A program made the position numbers and the translations under genes. From NCBI GenBank assembly GCA_000004985.1, contig GG738845.1: a stretch of DNA of 64,000 nucleotides; one strand, given 5' to 3'. The DNA comes from Naegleria gruberi. Taxonomy: Eukaryota. Positions within the stretch are counted from its first letter, which is position 1. The number at the start of each line of letters is the position of its first letter. The notes under the pieces are model-generated. The model had not been told where the DNA came from. It saw nothing but the letters and a program-made list of their open reading frames with translations, and searched no databases. Shown here in pieces: positions 1 to 11,845 of the stretch.

Positions 1-3000
1 AAAGACTCTTTCCTATTGGATTAAAAGATACTTCTTCAGCATTTGTAATCTCATCCTCACTAGTGTCCATATTGTCCTCATTACCTCTCTTTTCTCTTTC
101 TATTAAATCTTCCATTTCAATTAACACAGCAAAATCTTCATCGAATGATTTTTCAATCTTTTCAATTTCTTCCTTCTTCCTAGTGAAGAGTCTTTCAGTA
201 TCTCTTAATTCTTTGCTAATATCTTCAAGAGTATTTTTCAACTCTAGTTCTTTTTCTCTAACGGTTTTGATTTCCAGCTTTACAGCTTCAAACTCACTTT
301 CTTTATGTTTGAGAACATCTTCTTTTCCCTTTAGTTCTTCTTTCAAGCGTGATATTTCGTCGTTTAATGTAACACCCTGGTCTTCTAGTTGCTTTCTCTG
401 TTCCTCAAGGGTTTCTATCTTCTTGACAATCATTTCAGCTTCTTTAATATCGGATGTGGTTTGCTTTTCCAATTTTGCTAATTGTTTTTGTTTACTCTCT
501 TTCTGCACCTGAATCTTGCTTACCTTGTCTTGGGCTTCATCCAATTGCTTAGTCAATTGCCTAACTGTTTCGTTTTGTTTTTTTAGTTTTCCTCCACCAG
601 CATTGTCAATTTGTTTTGTTATTTCCTTAATTTCCTTGTCTATATCTTCGTATTGCTTTTTGTGTTTTTCAAGCCTTTTCTCTAGCTCTTCTAATTCTTC
701 ATTTAGAGATTCAATTTCCTGTTCATACTTGCTAAGGTCCTCGGTTTTCATTTGATCCTGGATATCCTTAACTTGCTTCTCTAGATCAGAAATAGTATTT
801 GAAAGAGATTTTGTATCCAAATCTATTTCCCTAATACTAGTATCAGACTTTTTACTCGCTATTCTAAGATTACTTATTTGTTGAGTTAATGAAGATCTGT
901 TTTGTAAGGTGGCTCCCAGTTCAGTTTCAGCTTTTTGAAGAGATTGTTCTGCTTCTTCTACCTCTTCTTCGGTTATACGTACCATTTTCTTTAATCCTCC
1001 AGTGAAGGTCATTAATCCTCTTGCAGTTGATTTTGCACCTCCACCACCACTCAAAGTACCACTGTCTTCTATTACCTCACCATTAAGAGTAACCACTCTC
1101 CATCTTTTTTGATTGTATTTGGAGGCAACTGTTGCCTTGTCCAAATCTTGGGCTACAATGGTATTTTGGAATGCAAAGTGGAATGCAAGTTTGAATTTTT
1201 CATCTGTAGTAATCAAGTCAACTAAAAGTTGGGTTCCTTCCGGAAGTGGACCTGGATTTTGGGGTTTTTTAATCACATCCATAATAATGAATGTAGCGAT
1301 ACCAATATTGCTTTTTTTGAGATAGTCAACACATTTGGTGGCACTTTCAGTTGTTTCTACCACGATACCATTTAACAAACCATTGGCAGAAGCAGCAAGA
1401 TCATACTTTTGATCTATAGTTCCTAAATCACCTAATCTTCCACATACACCTGGAATGTTTGAGTTGTTGACAAGTGCTTTTACAACTTTGTTCTGAGAGG
1501 CACTGTTTTGTTGATCTGTTTTCAACGTATGGAAGCGTTGTCTAAGCGTTCTTACTTGTTGTTCTGATTCTTGGAGACCAGAATTGGTTTGAGCCAACTG
1601 TTCTTCCTTTTCTTTTATCTTATCGAAAATTGACTTTTGAACTCTTTCCTCTCCCTCTCTTTGTTGTTTTTTAGTAGTTAGTTCAGCTTTGACCTTTTCA
1701 ATTTCTTGCTTTTTTCTTTCCAAATCTGTTTTTGAACTATTTCTCTTAGAAGTTAGTAACTCTATTGTAGATTGTTTAACACTAATATCTTCATTAATCT
1801 TATTTTCTTTTTGTTTGAAAGGGGCTAACTCCTTTTGCTTTGTTTCCTTTTGTTTGGAGAGATCTGCAATTTCTTTTTTACATTCAGAATACAATTCTTC
1901 ACAGACTTGAGTTGCCTTTTCCAACTCTGGAGCTAACGAGACTATTTCTTCGTTGGTATTATTCTCATCATTTTCCAATTCTTGTATTTGTGACAGTATT
2001 TCTTCCTTTTTTGTTGAAGCTGTTTTGATGGACTTTTCTAGATTTTGTTTTCTGGTTTTCTCAAGTTTAACTTCTTCTTTGAGTTGTTGATCTTGATTCT
2101 CGAGGTCTGAAAATTTCTTATTGACTTTTTGTAATTGTTTTGAAACGGTCTCTGCTTCTTTTTTAGCATTCTTAAATTCTTCCTCTTTGGAGCCTATTTG
2201 TTGTTGGACCGTTTGAAGTTTTTCCTTCTCTTCATTATATTGTTTTTCCTTTGTCTCGTGTTCTTTTTTCTTATTGTCAAGTCTTAATGAGGCGTCCACT
2301 AAGTGTTTCTGAATAAGTGTGTGTTTCTTCTCCACTAAGTGCCTTTTCTTTTTTAAAAAATTGACAGCTTCTTTCATTGGACCCTCCAATGATTCTTTCT
2401 CTTTTCTAGCACGGTTTGCTCTATTCATCTTTTCTTGTCTTTGGTCGTTTAGCTCTTCTACTAATACAAGTGATTTTTCAATTTTTTCTACATATTTGTT
2501 TGTTCCTATAATATCTTCAATATATTCGAGAAGACCCTCTTCATTCTCAGAAGGAGCCTTTGGTTTCATTAGTGAAATTTGTTCCACTTCTCCTTGGAGG
2601 ATTAAAAATCTGTTATTGTCCAAATCAATTCCTTTAGACATGAGTAATTTTGTCACCTCTGCAAATGAGCTCTTCTTTTCATTTAATTTGTACACAGAGT
2701 TACTATTTCTAGTTACAGTTCTTGTTACCACAAACTCGGATTTTGGTACTAATTGGTAATCTTCTTCATCTGTTGTTTCGTTTTTGATGTAAATTTCTGC
2801 AAAATGAACAGAAACAGAGGCATGAGAAAGATCTGGATAATTTTTGGAAGAGTGAATCAATTCAGAAAGTTTCTTCAGTCTCAACTTCTTTCCCTTCTTA
2901 CCAAATACGAATTGAATTGCATCAATAACGTTTGACTTTCCAGATCCATTCGGACCAACAATACAAGTGAAACTCTAAAATAAATTGTAAATAATAAATT

Positions 3001-3221
3001 TAACATCAACAAACCTTGTGGAAAGGTCCAATCTCTCTTTCTCCTGCATACGATTTAAAATTAGTCATCACCATCTTTTGAATTATCAATCTTTTTGTTA
3101 AAATTTTACCATCACCAGAAACTAATAGTTCGCTTGTTGATTGTTCTTGATCGTTGTTTTCAGCTTCGGATGATGAAGACATTTCGTCATCTTCAATGAT
3201 AGAATGTTCGTCGTCAGACAT
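1..3221 (-). CDS. smc4: SMC4 (condensin subunit); N-terminal ~1060 codons, 3' end runs off the window start
   Basis: Exon 1 is 3221..3015 (MSDDEHS...NFKSYAGEREIGPFHK). A 40-nt intron lies at 3014..2975 (GTTTGT...TTTTAG). Exon 2 starts at 2974 with SFTCIVGPNGSGKSNVIDAIQFVFGKKGKKLRLKKLSELIH, a Walker A motif with the SMC4-type R..K.SELIH. A hinge-like AQDLDKATVA...SGGGG lies around 1000-1440 and the rest is long coiled coil. I only spot-checked frame continuity (2974-2320 and 1440-990), so further introns are possible. The plus-strand ORFs at 63..2935 are antisense artefacts. Confidence 0.8.
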
Positions 3222-3247
3222 TTTTTTTGTGATTTATTTTAAAATAA

Positions 3248-3273
3248 TTTTGGCGGTAAAGATTGCCACCAAA
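3248..3273. promoter_or_regulatory. E2F-like element TTTTGGCGG plus an inverted partner CCACCAAA, 25 nt upstream of the SMC4 ATG
   Basis: Read directly from the sequence at tttggcggtaaagattgccaccaaa. Confidence 0.4.
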
Positions 3274-3329
3274 CTTTCTTGTGTGATAAGTGCATCAAGC
3301 TTAATTAGAATTATATACATTTATTGTAT

Positions 3330-3968
3330 TTAGAAAGCAAAGAACAACAAGGCAACCAAAGTAAGAACAAAGAAGGAGACCTTCATAGCAGTAGCATTGT
3401 TAGCAGCAGTACAATGAACCTTGTAGCCACTAACACAGAGTCCATTAGCACCAGGCAAAGCCTTTTCACCAGTGGTACAAGCAGTATCAGTATAAGCCTT
3501 AAGGTTTCCACATCCAGAGACCTTGAGAGCCTTGAAATCAAAGAAGGAAACTTTGTCAGCAACAGACCTCAAAGCATCTGGAAGAGTTGGCATTTGGATA
3601 CAGACAGAAGAATCGAGGTTAGCACTAACACTGAATGAGGCAGATATCTTAGCACCATCAGATGAAGAACAAGTAGCATCAGTTGGACCATAATAGCTAA
3701 TCATGACAGTACCAGCTGGTGCTTCAGCAGGCATAGTCTTTTCAGCACAGAGAGGCTTGACGGACAAGCTACCAAGAGAAGTACAAGAAAGATCAGTACA
3801 GACTGGATCTAAGAGAGGAACCTTAGTATTAAGGGTAACGTTTCCAATAACATCACTTGAACAATCAGAGGTCTTGTAAATAGCAAAGCGTTCATGACCA
3901 GTACCTAAGGCCAAAACATATTGGAGGGAGACTAATCCCAAGAAGAGAGCAATAATAAATGATTTCAT
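3330..3968 (-). CDS. Secreted Cys-rich surface protein with a signal peptide and a C-terminal hydrophobic, GPI-anchor-like tail (212 aa)
   Basis: It starts MKSFIIALFLGLVSLQYVLA, a signal peptide. It has about 12 Cys and N-glycosylation sites, and ends in the hydrophobic tail KVSFFVLTLVALLFFAF. Confidence 0.6.
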   Translation of the reverse strand: MKSFIIALFLGLVSLQYVLALGTGHERFAIYKTSDCSSDVIGNVTLNTKVPLLDPVCTDLSCTSLGSLSVKPLCAEKTMPAEAPAGTVMISYYGPTDATCSSSDGAKISASFSVSANLDSSVCIQMPTLPDALRSVADKVSFFDFKALKVSGCGNLKAYTDTACTTGEKALPGANGLCVSGYKVHCTAANNATAMKVSFFVLTLVALLFFAF

Positions 3969-4521
3969 TGTTGTGTTATTTTGTTTTTGATTGTTTTATA
4001 AATTGATAAACTAAGGCTGCCTTTTATTTCGTCAAGGGTCAACCTGTGAATCTGATTACAAATCTAAGAGACACAACATATAGTAAGTTCATCCAGTAGT
4101 ATTTCATTATAATCCCTAACAAGCGCTCCTCTCGCTTTCAGGGCCTTAATATGTAACGAATATCTCTACTTTTGTAAATTGTTTATACATTGCTTATAAA
4201 GTTCATTACCAGAACACTGGTTCAAAAGATATCACCACAATTCAACAAGCTTTTTTCCCAGCAATTGACGCTTCTGGTGTTCACAAGCGTTGAAAAGACC
4301 TGTTTATCTCTGATGACCAATATATGATAAGGGTTAAGGGGATTGGACTGTATTGTTTTGGCACATATTGTTATTATTCTTTATTGATGGTCAAGATAAG
4401 TGAATTGATTCATGATTCAAGATTTTGTCTTTCAGGTTTCCATCAACTTTTCGATTTTAAATTGTTCGTCGAAGAAGAGAGTTTCAAAATGCTGTCGTTG
4501 CAGACTGGAGAAATAGCATCT

Positions 4522-5136
4522 TTAGACATGATTAAGAACTTCAGGTGTTGAATTATATTGAACCACAGAGGATGCCTCTGTTGTTTGTGAAGTGGAATAG
4601 GTTGTAGTAGTTGGTTGAACAGTGGTGACCTTTGTGGTCTTTCTTGTTTCTATAACCTTACTGTGAGGTTGTACAATGGTGGCGTTTGCCAAAGGTGCCA
4701 CATTACTTCTCAATATAAAGAACCATCTAATACCAACAATTAAGAGTATCATACCAATCAAGAGGAAAAACACAGAGACCAAAGCAAGAACGATCGGAAT
4801 AGCCATATGAAAACATGTAGTTGGATCGTCGACTTCAGAACCCACACAAACTAGTGAAATTGTTAAATGGTTGGTAATCAAACAATACTTACTTGAATAG
4901 TAACTTCCAATACCAATTGATGCCAAACCAGCCAGGATACCAATAATAAGACATAAGGCTCCCAAAACAATTGAAATAATTGCTCTTCTCTTCTTAATTT
5001 GATAGTACACAGTGGCTCCTTTCTGACCAAGTCCACCATTCAATACAATTGGACGAATAGCTGAGAATTCAAACCCTTCCGGACGACCATCCAACAAGTG
5101 CAAAGCACGTGAAACTTTATTTGGTTTGCCTTCCAT
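4522..5136 (-). CDS. Small membrane protein with two predicted TM helices; function unknown
   Basis: The track ORF 4522..5157 begins at an in-frame TTG; the first ATG (MEGKPNKV) is at 5136. Hydrophobic stretches are AIISIVLGALCLIIGILAGLA and IPIVLALVSVFFLLIGMILLIV, and the tail is Thr-rich. Confidence 0.45.
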   Translation of the reverse strand: MEGKPNKVSRALHLLDGRPEGFEFSAIRPIVLNGGLGQKGATVYYQIKKRRAIISIVLGALCLIIGILAGLASIGIGSYYSSKYCLITNHLTISLVCVGSEVDDPTTCFHMAIPIVLALVSVFFLLIGMILLIVGIRWFFILRSNVAPLANATIVQPHSKVIETRKTTKVTTVQPTTTTYSTSQTTEASSVVQYNSTPEVLNHV

Positions 5137-5657
5137 TATTACTAGTGTGTTATCCAATAATAATAAATAATAGATGTGTTGGGTGATTAATAAGACTGAT
5201 CAGATCGCAACTTAAACTGCTTTTTTTAAAGTGAATTTGCACACAACATGAACTGAATGAAAAGGGAACAACAACGGTCACATGTTAAGGTTTAACTGAA
5301 AAGGGCGCTTGGCATCTATAAGGCAGATGAGGAGGGAAAGAAGTAATAAGGAAACACGCTTCACCATTCTTAAAGACTAGTGCATTATTATGGAAATATT
5401 GACTTCAAATACTATAAACAATACGCCTCTATTCAGATATTAATTTTAGAGGTCTCTTAATGTATTAATAAGACAATGGGTTTTAACATCCTTCTTCCAT
5501 TTTTGTTTTTATATCTGGATTACTTCACATTGATTCATTATATTGTCTAAAAGTGCTTTCGTGACTGATGTTTGTCAGGTCTAATAAATATTAAAATATA
5601 AAAAATAATAAAATATTAATTTCTTTTTAAAAGCGATTTTTTAGATTTTATTAAAAA

Positions 5658-8600
5658 ATGTCTCTCAACAAGGAAAGAGGCAACTCACTCATACGATCAC
5701 TTCATCTTGGTAATGTTCGTCCACACTTACAAACCTTCGGAGGAGGATCAATTGGTGAGTTTTTAGATTCTGGTAATATTATGAATAGTGGATTATTGCC
5801 AGCTAGATTGGATTTATTCTCTACACCAACAAGAGGAAGAAGTAATACGAATGGTTCCGTACATTCTATCGTACCAGAGACATCAATTAATTATGAATTA
5901 TTTTCTCTGAAGAGAATCATGTCTTTATCAACTGGTACCTATCCAGTTAGTCAATCTACACATAATTCTAATGATTATTTAATTGATACAGCACAATGGG
6001 AGGAAATTTCAATGAGTCAATCTTATTGGAACAAGTATATTATGAAAGAGAAAAAATCTGCTGATTTTTTGGATTATGATAAAGCATCATCAAATGATAG
6101 TTTGGGAAATCCGTCTAATCTAGATACAAGCTCGATTAGTTCTAGTACTAATGGATCATCACAAAATGTCGGAGATGATTTTTTCACAAATGCCATCAAG
6201 CAAAATGCAACTTCTGCATCACCAAGAAAAAGACCAACATCGGAAAACTATTCAAAAGATATTAGCAATGTTTCTAAACCAGTTACATTTAAAAATGTAA
6301 TTTCTGGTGGATCGAGTACACTATATAATGTTATTGCTTGTTTGTGTTCGAATAATGTGATTGTGCTGAGATTTTTTGGTACTGTTAAATATATCGAGAG
6401 AGATGATGAAAAACATAAACATGGAAAATATAATGATGAGGATGAAATGTCTGAAACTGAGAGTGTCGCCTCTGTAGGCTCTGTTAATAATATGGGAGGT
6501 GCTAATCTTCGTATGGAGGATGAAGATTATTCCAACAATAGATTATGTTCTCCTATTGTACGATGTTTGAGTTATTTTCAAGAAAATGAAATTGATATAG
6601 AAACAATTTCAATGGAAGAGAGTGCTAGATGGTTGAGCTGCATTACAGCAGAAGGAGATGTATATATTGTACCAATTTGTAGATTATTTTTCCCTTATAA
6701 TTTGGATAATAGTTATCCATTTAAGAAAAATCAAGACGATTCCAATGGTGGTATTAACTTACATCCATCATTAATGGATTATACGCTTTATCAAGTCGAT
6801 ACACCATCTGAAAACAACTCTCAGAATAATCAGTTCACCGAGGCTCTTTCACTAAATCTGATGAAAAACATGGAACTTGTAGTTGCCAACTCTTCCAGTT
6901 CATTGAAAAAACATCAACAAGTACAAAAATACTATCAACAACACTTGTTACAGACCCAATCACTTTTGGAACCAATTGAGAGAATTGTCATGACTTCCAA
7001 CACCAGAACAAAGAGACAATATACACCGTTGAAGCATGGTCAAGTTACCTGTTCTGCATGGTGGGTCTCCTTTTCTAATCATCCCCTCAAAAAGTATTAT
7101 GTGATATTTGGTACTGACAGAGGATTTTTAGTTTTTTAAATTTGCATACTCTGAAAGAAGATTCTATTATTGGTGGTTTCAAGTATGGTATTAAGAATAT
7201 CAGAGTTATTTCTGATGATACGAGTGTAAAGTTTGCATTAGTTACATGTGGAAAAGGAGTTCACTACAAACAAATTCTGGAACAAATGGATTTAAATTTC
7301 CAAAGCTTTAGAAGTATTTGTGATTTTAATCAAACATCTGGAATGAGTTATGGAACAACCAAGGATGCCAAGAAGGATTTACAAAACGATATCGAAACAT
7401 TTAAACTCAGAAAAATTGATCAATTCAGTGACTCAACCTGCTATATGAATGTAAAATGGTTCGATGAGAGAGGTGTAAATATGATATCATGTTTGGATAA
7501 GGAAAAACATAGTTTTTCACTGTATGACGTAGAAACAGTCTCAAGAGCAAATGATCCAACCACAAGGAAGAGACGGGACGAAATCTATCCTCTCTTCCAA
7601 TATCATATCAATGAGAACACAAGTTTGTTACACCCAACTAATAGACTCTTGTTTTCAGTACATAGAGGAGATAGTACAAACAGGAGAGGAATATTGAGCT
7701 CCCCTTCTTTTGAAAGAGATGACAATGAATATCAAGAGAGATTATTTGTAATGAGTAGATCGTCTCTACTTGTGAATTCAAATTCTACCAAAAATAATTC
7801 AATCCTCCAGGAATTCCTCTTGCCAGCCAATGAAATGGTAAAAGGTTTCCTTAGTGGCTTTATGTACAGAGAGGACTCGATTTCACAATACAAATTCAAA
7901 GAAGAAGCTACACAATTCGAGTTGGAAGGTGTTATTTTGTGGACACAGACTGGTATTTATGAACTCCGTCAAAAGTATGCACCACTCAAAATATTTGAGT
8001 ATATTATTTCTAACAAGCAAAATGTTGTGAAAGACAGCGCTCAAGTCGATCAATTTGGGCAAACTTTTGAGATGGACATTCTTAAATTATATGAGCAATA
8101 TGCAGACGAGAAATTCGAGAGTGGAGACATTGATTTTGCATTTACACTGTACAACCTTTCGAATGTAAACGAGGTAAAATATGTACAAAGACTTTCTCAA
8201 GCAAAAAGATCAGAAGAGGCATTTAATTACTTGTTATCAGTTTTAGAAAATTCAGGAAGTATATCCCTATCAAAACGCAAGCAGCTGTCCAATCTTCTTT
8301 TTGATTGTTTTATGCAAAAGCTAATCTCATCAAAAGAATGTGATGTTGAGCTTTGCAAACAATTCAAAAATTTTTTACTGGCCAATACTGATATTAATCC
8401 ACAAGTTGTCATTTCTCAATTAGTGCAATATTGTTGTTGTGATGAGTTTAAATCACAGGAGCAAACAATAATTAATATGGAATTAGTTCTTGAGATTGCC
8501 CACAAGCACAATCTTGTAAAGTATACTTTGCAATTTTTGGTTTCTAGAGGATATATCAATATTTTGACTGAGGAGGGTGGTATTAGATTTTTACATGATA

Positions 8601-10240
8601 ACGAATATGCCTACACCACTCAATCTGTTGGATACGGCGTATTGTTACAACATTGTTCAACCAATACCAAACTCAAATTTTTGTTGGATTATCTAGAGAC
8701 AATGAGAGCAACCAGGGCTAGGGTTTTCTCCTCTTCTGAGGAGGAAGAAAACGAGGCAGAAAAGGACGAATATTTTGGAGCAATGAATTTTGGAAAAAAG
8801 CCAACCAACACACAAAAAGAATCTCCTATCAAACAACAACTCTTTTTTGAAGACACTTTTGAAACAATTCAATATAATTCCAAGCTCTTTGGATTGATTC
8901 TATGCTTGTTACCGAGAGTGGATGATCTTTGCTTACTGTTGAATGTATGCACCAAGTTTAATCCAGAGGAAAACTCTTTCATCACCAAGGAAACAAGACA
9001 AACTTCTTCTGCACTAATGAAAGATCCATCCTACACAAGATATTTCCATTACCCTTATATTCACTTGGAGCAACACTTGGAAATTTTTATAGTGGCAATG
9101 TTGTGTCTTGTTAATTTGAAGAAGAAATTGGCATTCAATCTCCCAGATTCTACTAATTCTCTCAATATTTCGTCTAACAATCTTTATACCCATACACAAG
9201 AAAAGTTGGAACAATGTATCAAGTGCTATAACATGTACAGAAAGCAATTCGTTGTATCATACTGCTTGAAATTACATAACAAGTCAGTGCTTGCACTTAT
9301 CTATGAGAAGGACGAAATGTGGATCGATGCACTTTGTTGTAAATTAGTACAACTGAAAGAAAACTTTAAGATTGTACTGCAGGAGCCTACAATGATGGAA
9401 AATTTACTCAAACAATTCTACACCATATTTGATCGCTATCTCACCAACAAATCAAATGAACTGGATGAAGAAACCAAACTAAAAATGTTGGAAAAGCTTT
9501 TCAACTTCTACTGTAGTCTTTCACTACCGGTTTCAAAACTCGAAGATCATTGTCTGAGGAATATACACATTATTGGAGATACTTTATCCCTTCTCTTACT
9601 GCTCCCATCTCAAAATAATGCAAGTGGAAGTATACTCAAAAAGAATCTCAAATTTTCTCATCAATTCTATCTTAAGATTACTCAAAGCTATGTTAGAAAT
9701 GTCAAGAGGCACGAGAAGGAAGAGGAAAAGGCCTCCAAAAATCTTCTCCAACAAATATTTAGAAATATGGAAAAGGACTTGTACAAGAGAAATTACATAT
9801 CAATCACTCAATCTGAAATATCAAGACTTCACCAACAAGATGAGAAATTGGTAGTGTTCACTTGTGGCGATCATTATACTAGAACTAATTTTACAAACAA
9901 TATTATTCCAGAATTCAAGAACCGAACAAGTCAACTAATTTCTGTAATGAGCTCTGATCTCAACAAGAAGGTTTTCAACTTGGCAACGGATTACATTTTG
10001 AAAGATTACCAAAACTTACTCGAAGAAAGGTGCATGCACACCAACCAAGCTTGTCCAATTTGTGTCTTTAACTTTTTCTTAAAAAATGAAAAAGCCAAAG
10101 TGCAAAAATTGAAACCACAAGCAACCAGAATGTTCCATCACCAACAAATACTTCCCAACAATAGTAATCCTTCTAATTTAAGTGAAGGCACACTCCAGTA
10201 TATTTCAAATATTGAGAAAATTACTTCTTGGACCTTATAA
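5658..10240 (+). CDS. Large uncharacterised protein (~1525 aa) whose C-terminal zinc-finger-like tail (VVFTCGDHY ... CPIC) resembles HOPS/CORVET-family subunits
   Basis: Track ORFs 5658..7139 and 7142..10240 are in different frames. A 47-nt intron at 7111..7157 (GTACTG...GAAAG), phase 1, gives ...YYVIF-E-DSIIGGFKYG. The 5' site is non-consensus, so a frameshift remains an alternative. There is no ATG near 7142. Confidence 0.5.
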
Positions 10241-10363
10241 TAAACTGGCAACTTTCAAAAATATGATATTTGATAGAAAGATCTCAACAAAATAATGAGT
10301 TACTTGGGATGTAATGAATTTCTGAAATTGTTGTCAAAAAGAACAAATATTGAAGAACTAATT

Positions 10364-11626
10364 TTATCTCTTTACAGGTCTATTTGTAGATGGTGTAGAT
10401 CTTGTTCTGTTATTTGTTGGTTTGGTATCAAGTTTGGTTGATTGTTGAGTTGTATCCAATGGTTGTGGATTCTTTGCCTCCTTTGCTTTCAAAACCTTTT
10501 CTTGGATTCCTTCATAATTTGTTAAAAACACCAAACGATAAGCTCTCTTCCAAAGACGTTGATATCTACTGTGTACCTTGAGTCTCTCAATTTTTTCCTT
10601 CTCATTCTTTCTTTTATCTCTTTCCTCGTTTCTCTTTCTCTTTTCTTCCTCCATTACTGCAATAGCATTCTCCAAGAATACTACTCTCTTTTGGTCTCTA
10701 TTGTAATCTTGAACAAGTTGGTTGTATTTTTGAGTGTGTTCACTCATGAAATTGTCATATTTTGTAACAAAATCAAAAACTTGTTGTTCAGAGGTCAATC
10801 TGTCAAGTTTCATGTCACCTTCATCCTTGTGGTGATCCATCTTTAGCTCTGCAATCATTAATTCACATTGCTTGATTTGATCCTTAAGCATTTCCTCAAA
10901 TTTCAAGAATTTGCTATGTGCAACATCCTCTTGTGTTTTCATTGATCCACTAAATTCCTCTCTTTGGTTATTTGTACTCATTTTGAGAGCTACTAATTCT
11001 TCCTCAAGTTTCTTTAATGTTTCTTCTCTGGCAGACACTTCCTTTTCTCTGGTACTTCTCACTGAGGCAAGTTCTCTTTGAAGAGCTTTAAGGTCAGCAT
11101 TTGACTTCTTTTCCCTTGCAGCCTTTTCATTCTTTTGGTCATTCATTACTTGCTCTTCTTCCTTGGTTGTATGTAATTTATCTGCATAAATATTAACCAT
11201 CTCCTTCATGATATATACAAATCGTTCCAATCCTTCATCAGGTTTTAATGGATTTACTTGATCCACATTAAAATTGTACTGATTTAATAATTTACAAAGC
11301 TTCATATAGGTTTTCTTTACAGAAGACGAATCCGGATTTTGTACATATTCCTTAATTTTGGCATCTAGAGCCTGTTCTAGTTCATACAGCTCATAAACTG
11401 ACGAAAGAGCAGCCTCATTAATTAAGAGAGGAAGCTCACCCGAAAATAACTGATGATGTTGTGGCAAGAATTGAAGGTAACGCGTTTGAGTCAAGTGCTC
11501 ATTCAAAACCTTGATAATTCTCTCTCTTTCATCGGTTAGTTTTTGATTCATTTTGTTTAAAAATATTTGTAGAGGTGTGGTTTCAAAAAATGGCGGCAAA
11601 TGCATGAAAATATTGTCATTAAACAT
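10364..11626 (-). CDS. Coiled-coil protein with a K/E/R-rich C-terminal half; function unknown
   Basis: A 420-aa ORF with ATG at 11626 and long heptad-like charged stretches. Confidence 0.5.
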   Translation of the reverse strand: MFNDNIFMHLPPFFETTPLQIFLNKMNQKLTDERERIIKVLNEHLTQTRYLQFLPQHHQLFSGELPLLINEAALSSVYELYELEQALDAKIKEYVQNPDSSSVKKTYMKLCKLLNQYNFNVDQVNPLKPDEGLERFVYIMKEMVNIYADKLHTTKEEEQVMNDQKNEKAAREKKSNADLKALQRELASVRSTREKEVSAREETLKKLEEELVALKMSTNNQREEFSGSMKTQEDVAHSKFLKFEEMLKDQIKQCELMIAELKMDHHKDEGDMKLDRLTSEQQVFDFVTKYDNFMSEHTQKYNQLVQDYNRDQKRVVFLENAIAVMEEEKRKRNEERDKRKNEKEKIERLKVHSRYQRLWKRAYRLVFLTNYEGIQEKVLKAKEAKNPQPLDTTQQSTKLDTKPTNNRTRSTPSTNRPVKR

Positions 11627-11845
11627 TAAAAATATTTAACTAATATTACAAAAATATTTAAAATATTATGAAAAGGTGGCGATTTATTATTGAAAGCATT
11701 TCAATTCGCCGACTTGTAGGCTAAAATTTTTCCATTTAAAAAAATTCAACCACCATAGTGACGAAGGAATTTTTAAACCACTAAAATCGGAGTCGATTAA
11801 AATCTTCATCGTCAACACTACTATTATTTATAAATATATCGGAAA

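Noticed and set aside
63-2935. Seven plus-strand ORFs (63..512, 516..755, 1113..1325, 1689..1910, 1840..2028, 2319..2759, 2753..2935)
   Set aside because: They lie antisense to the SMC4 coiled-coil coding region. They are low-complexity S/F/L-rich translations with no start context, the typical mirror ORFs of a GAA/AAG-rich coiled-coil gene.
8227-9854. Small internal or antisense ORFs 8227..8412 (-), 9014..9247 (-) and 9573..9854 (+) within the 5658..10240 gene
   Set aside because: They are fully contained in a long uninterrupted sense ORF in another frame or strand.
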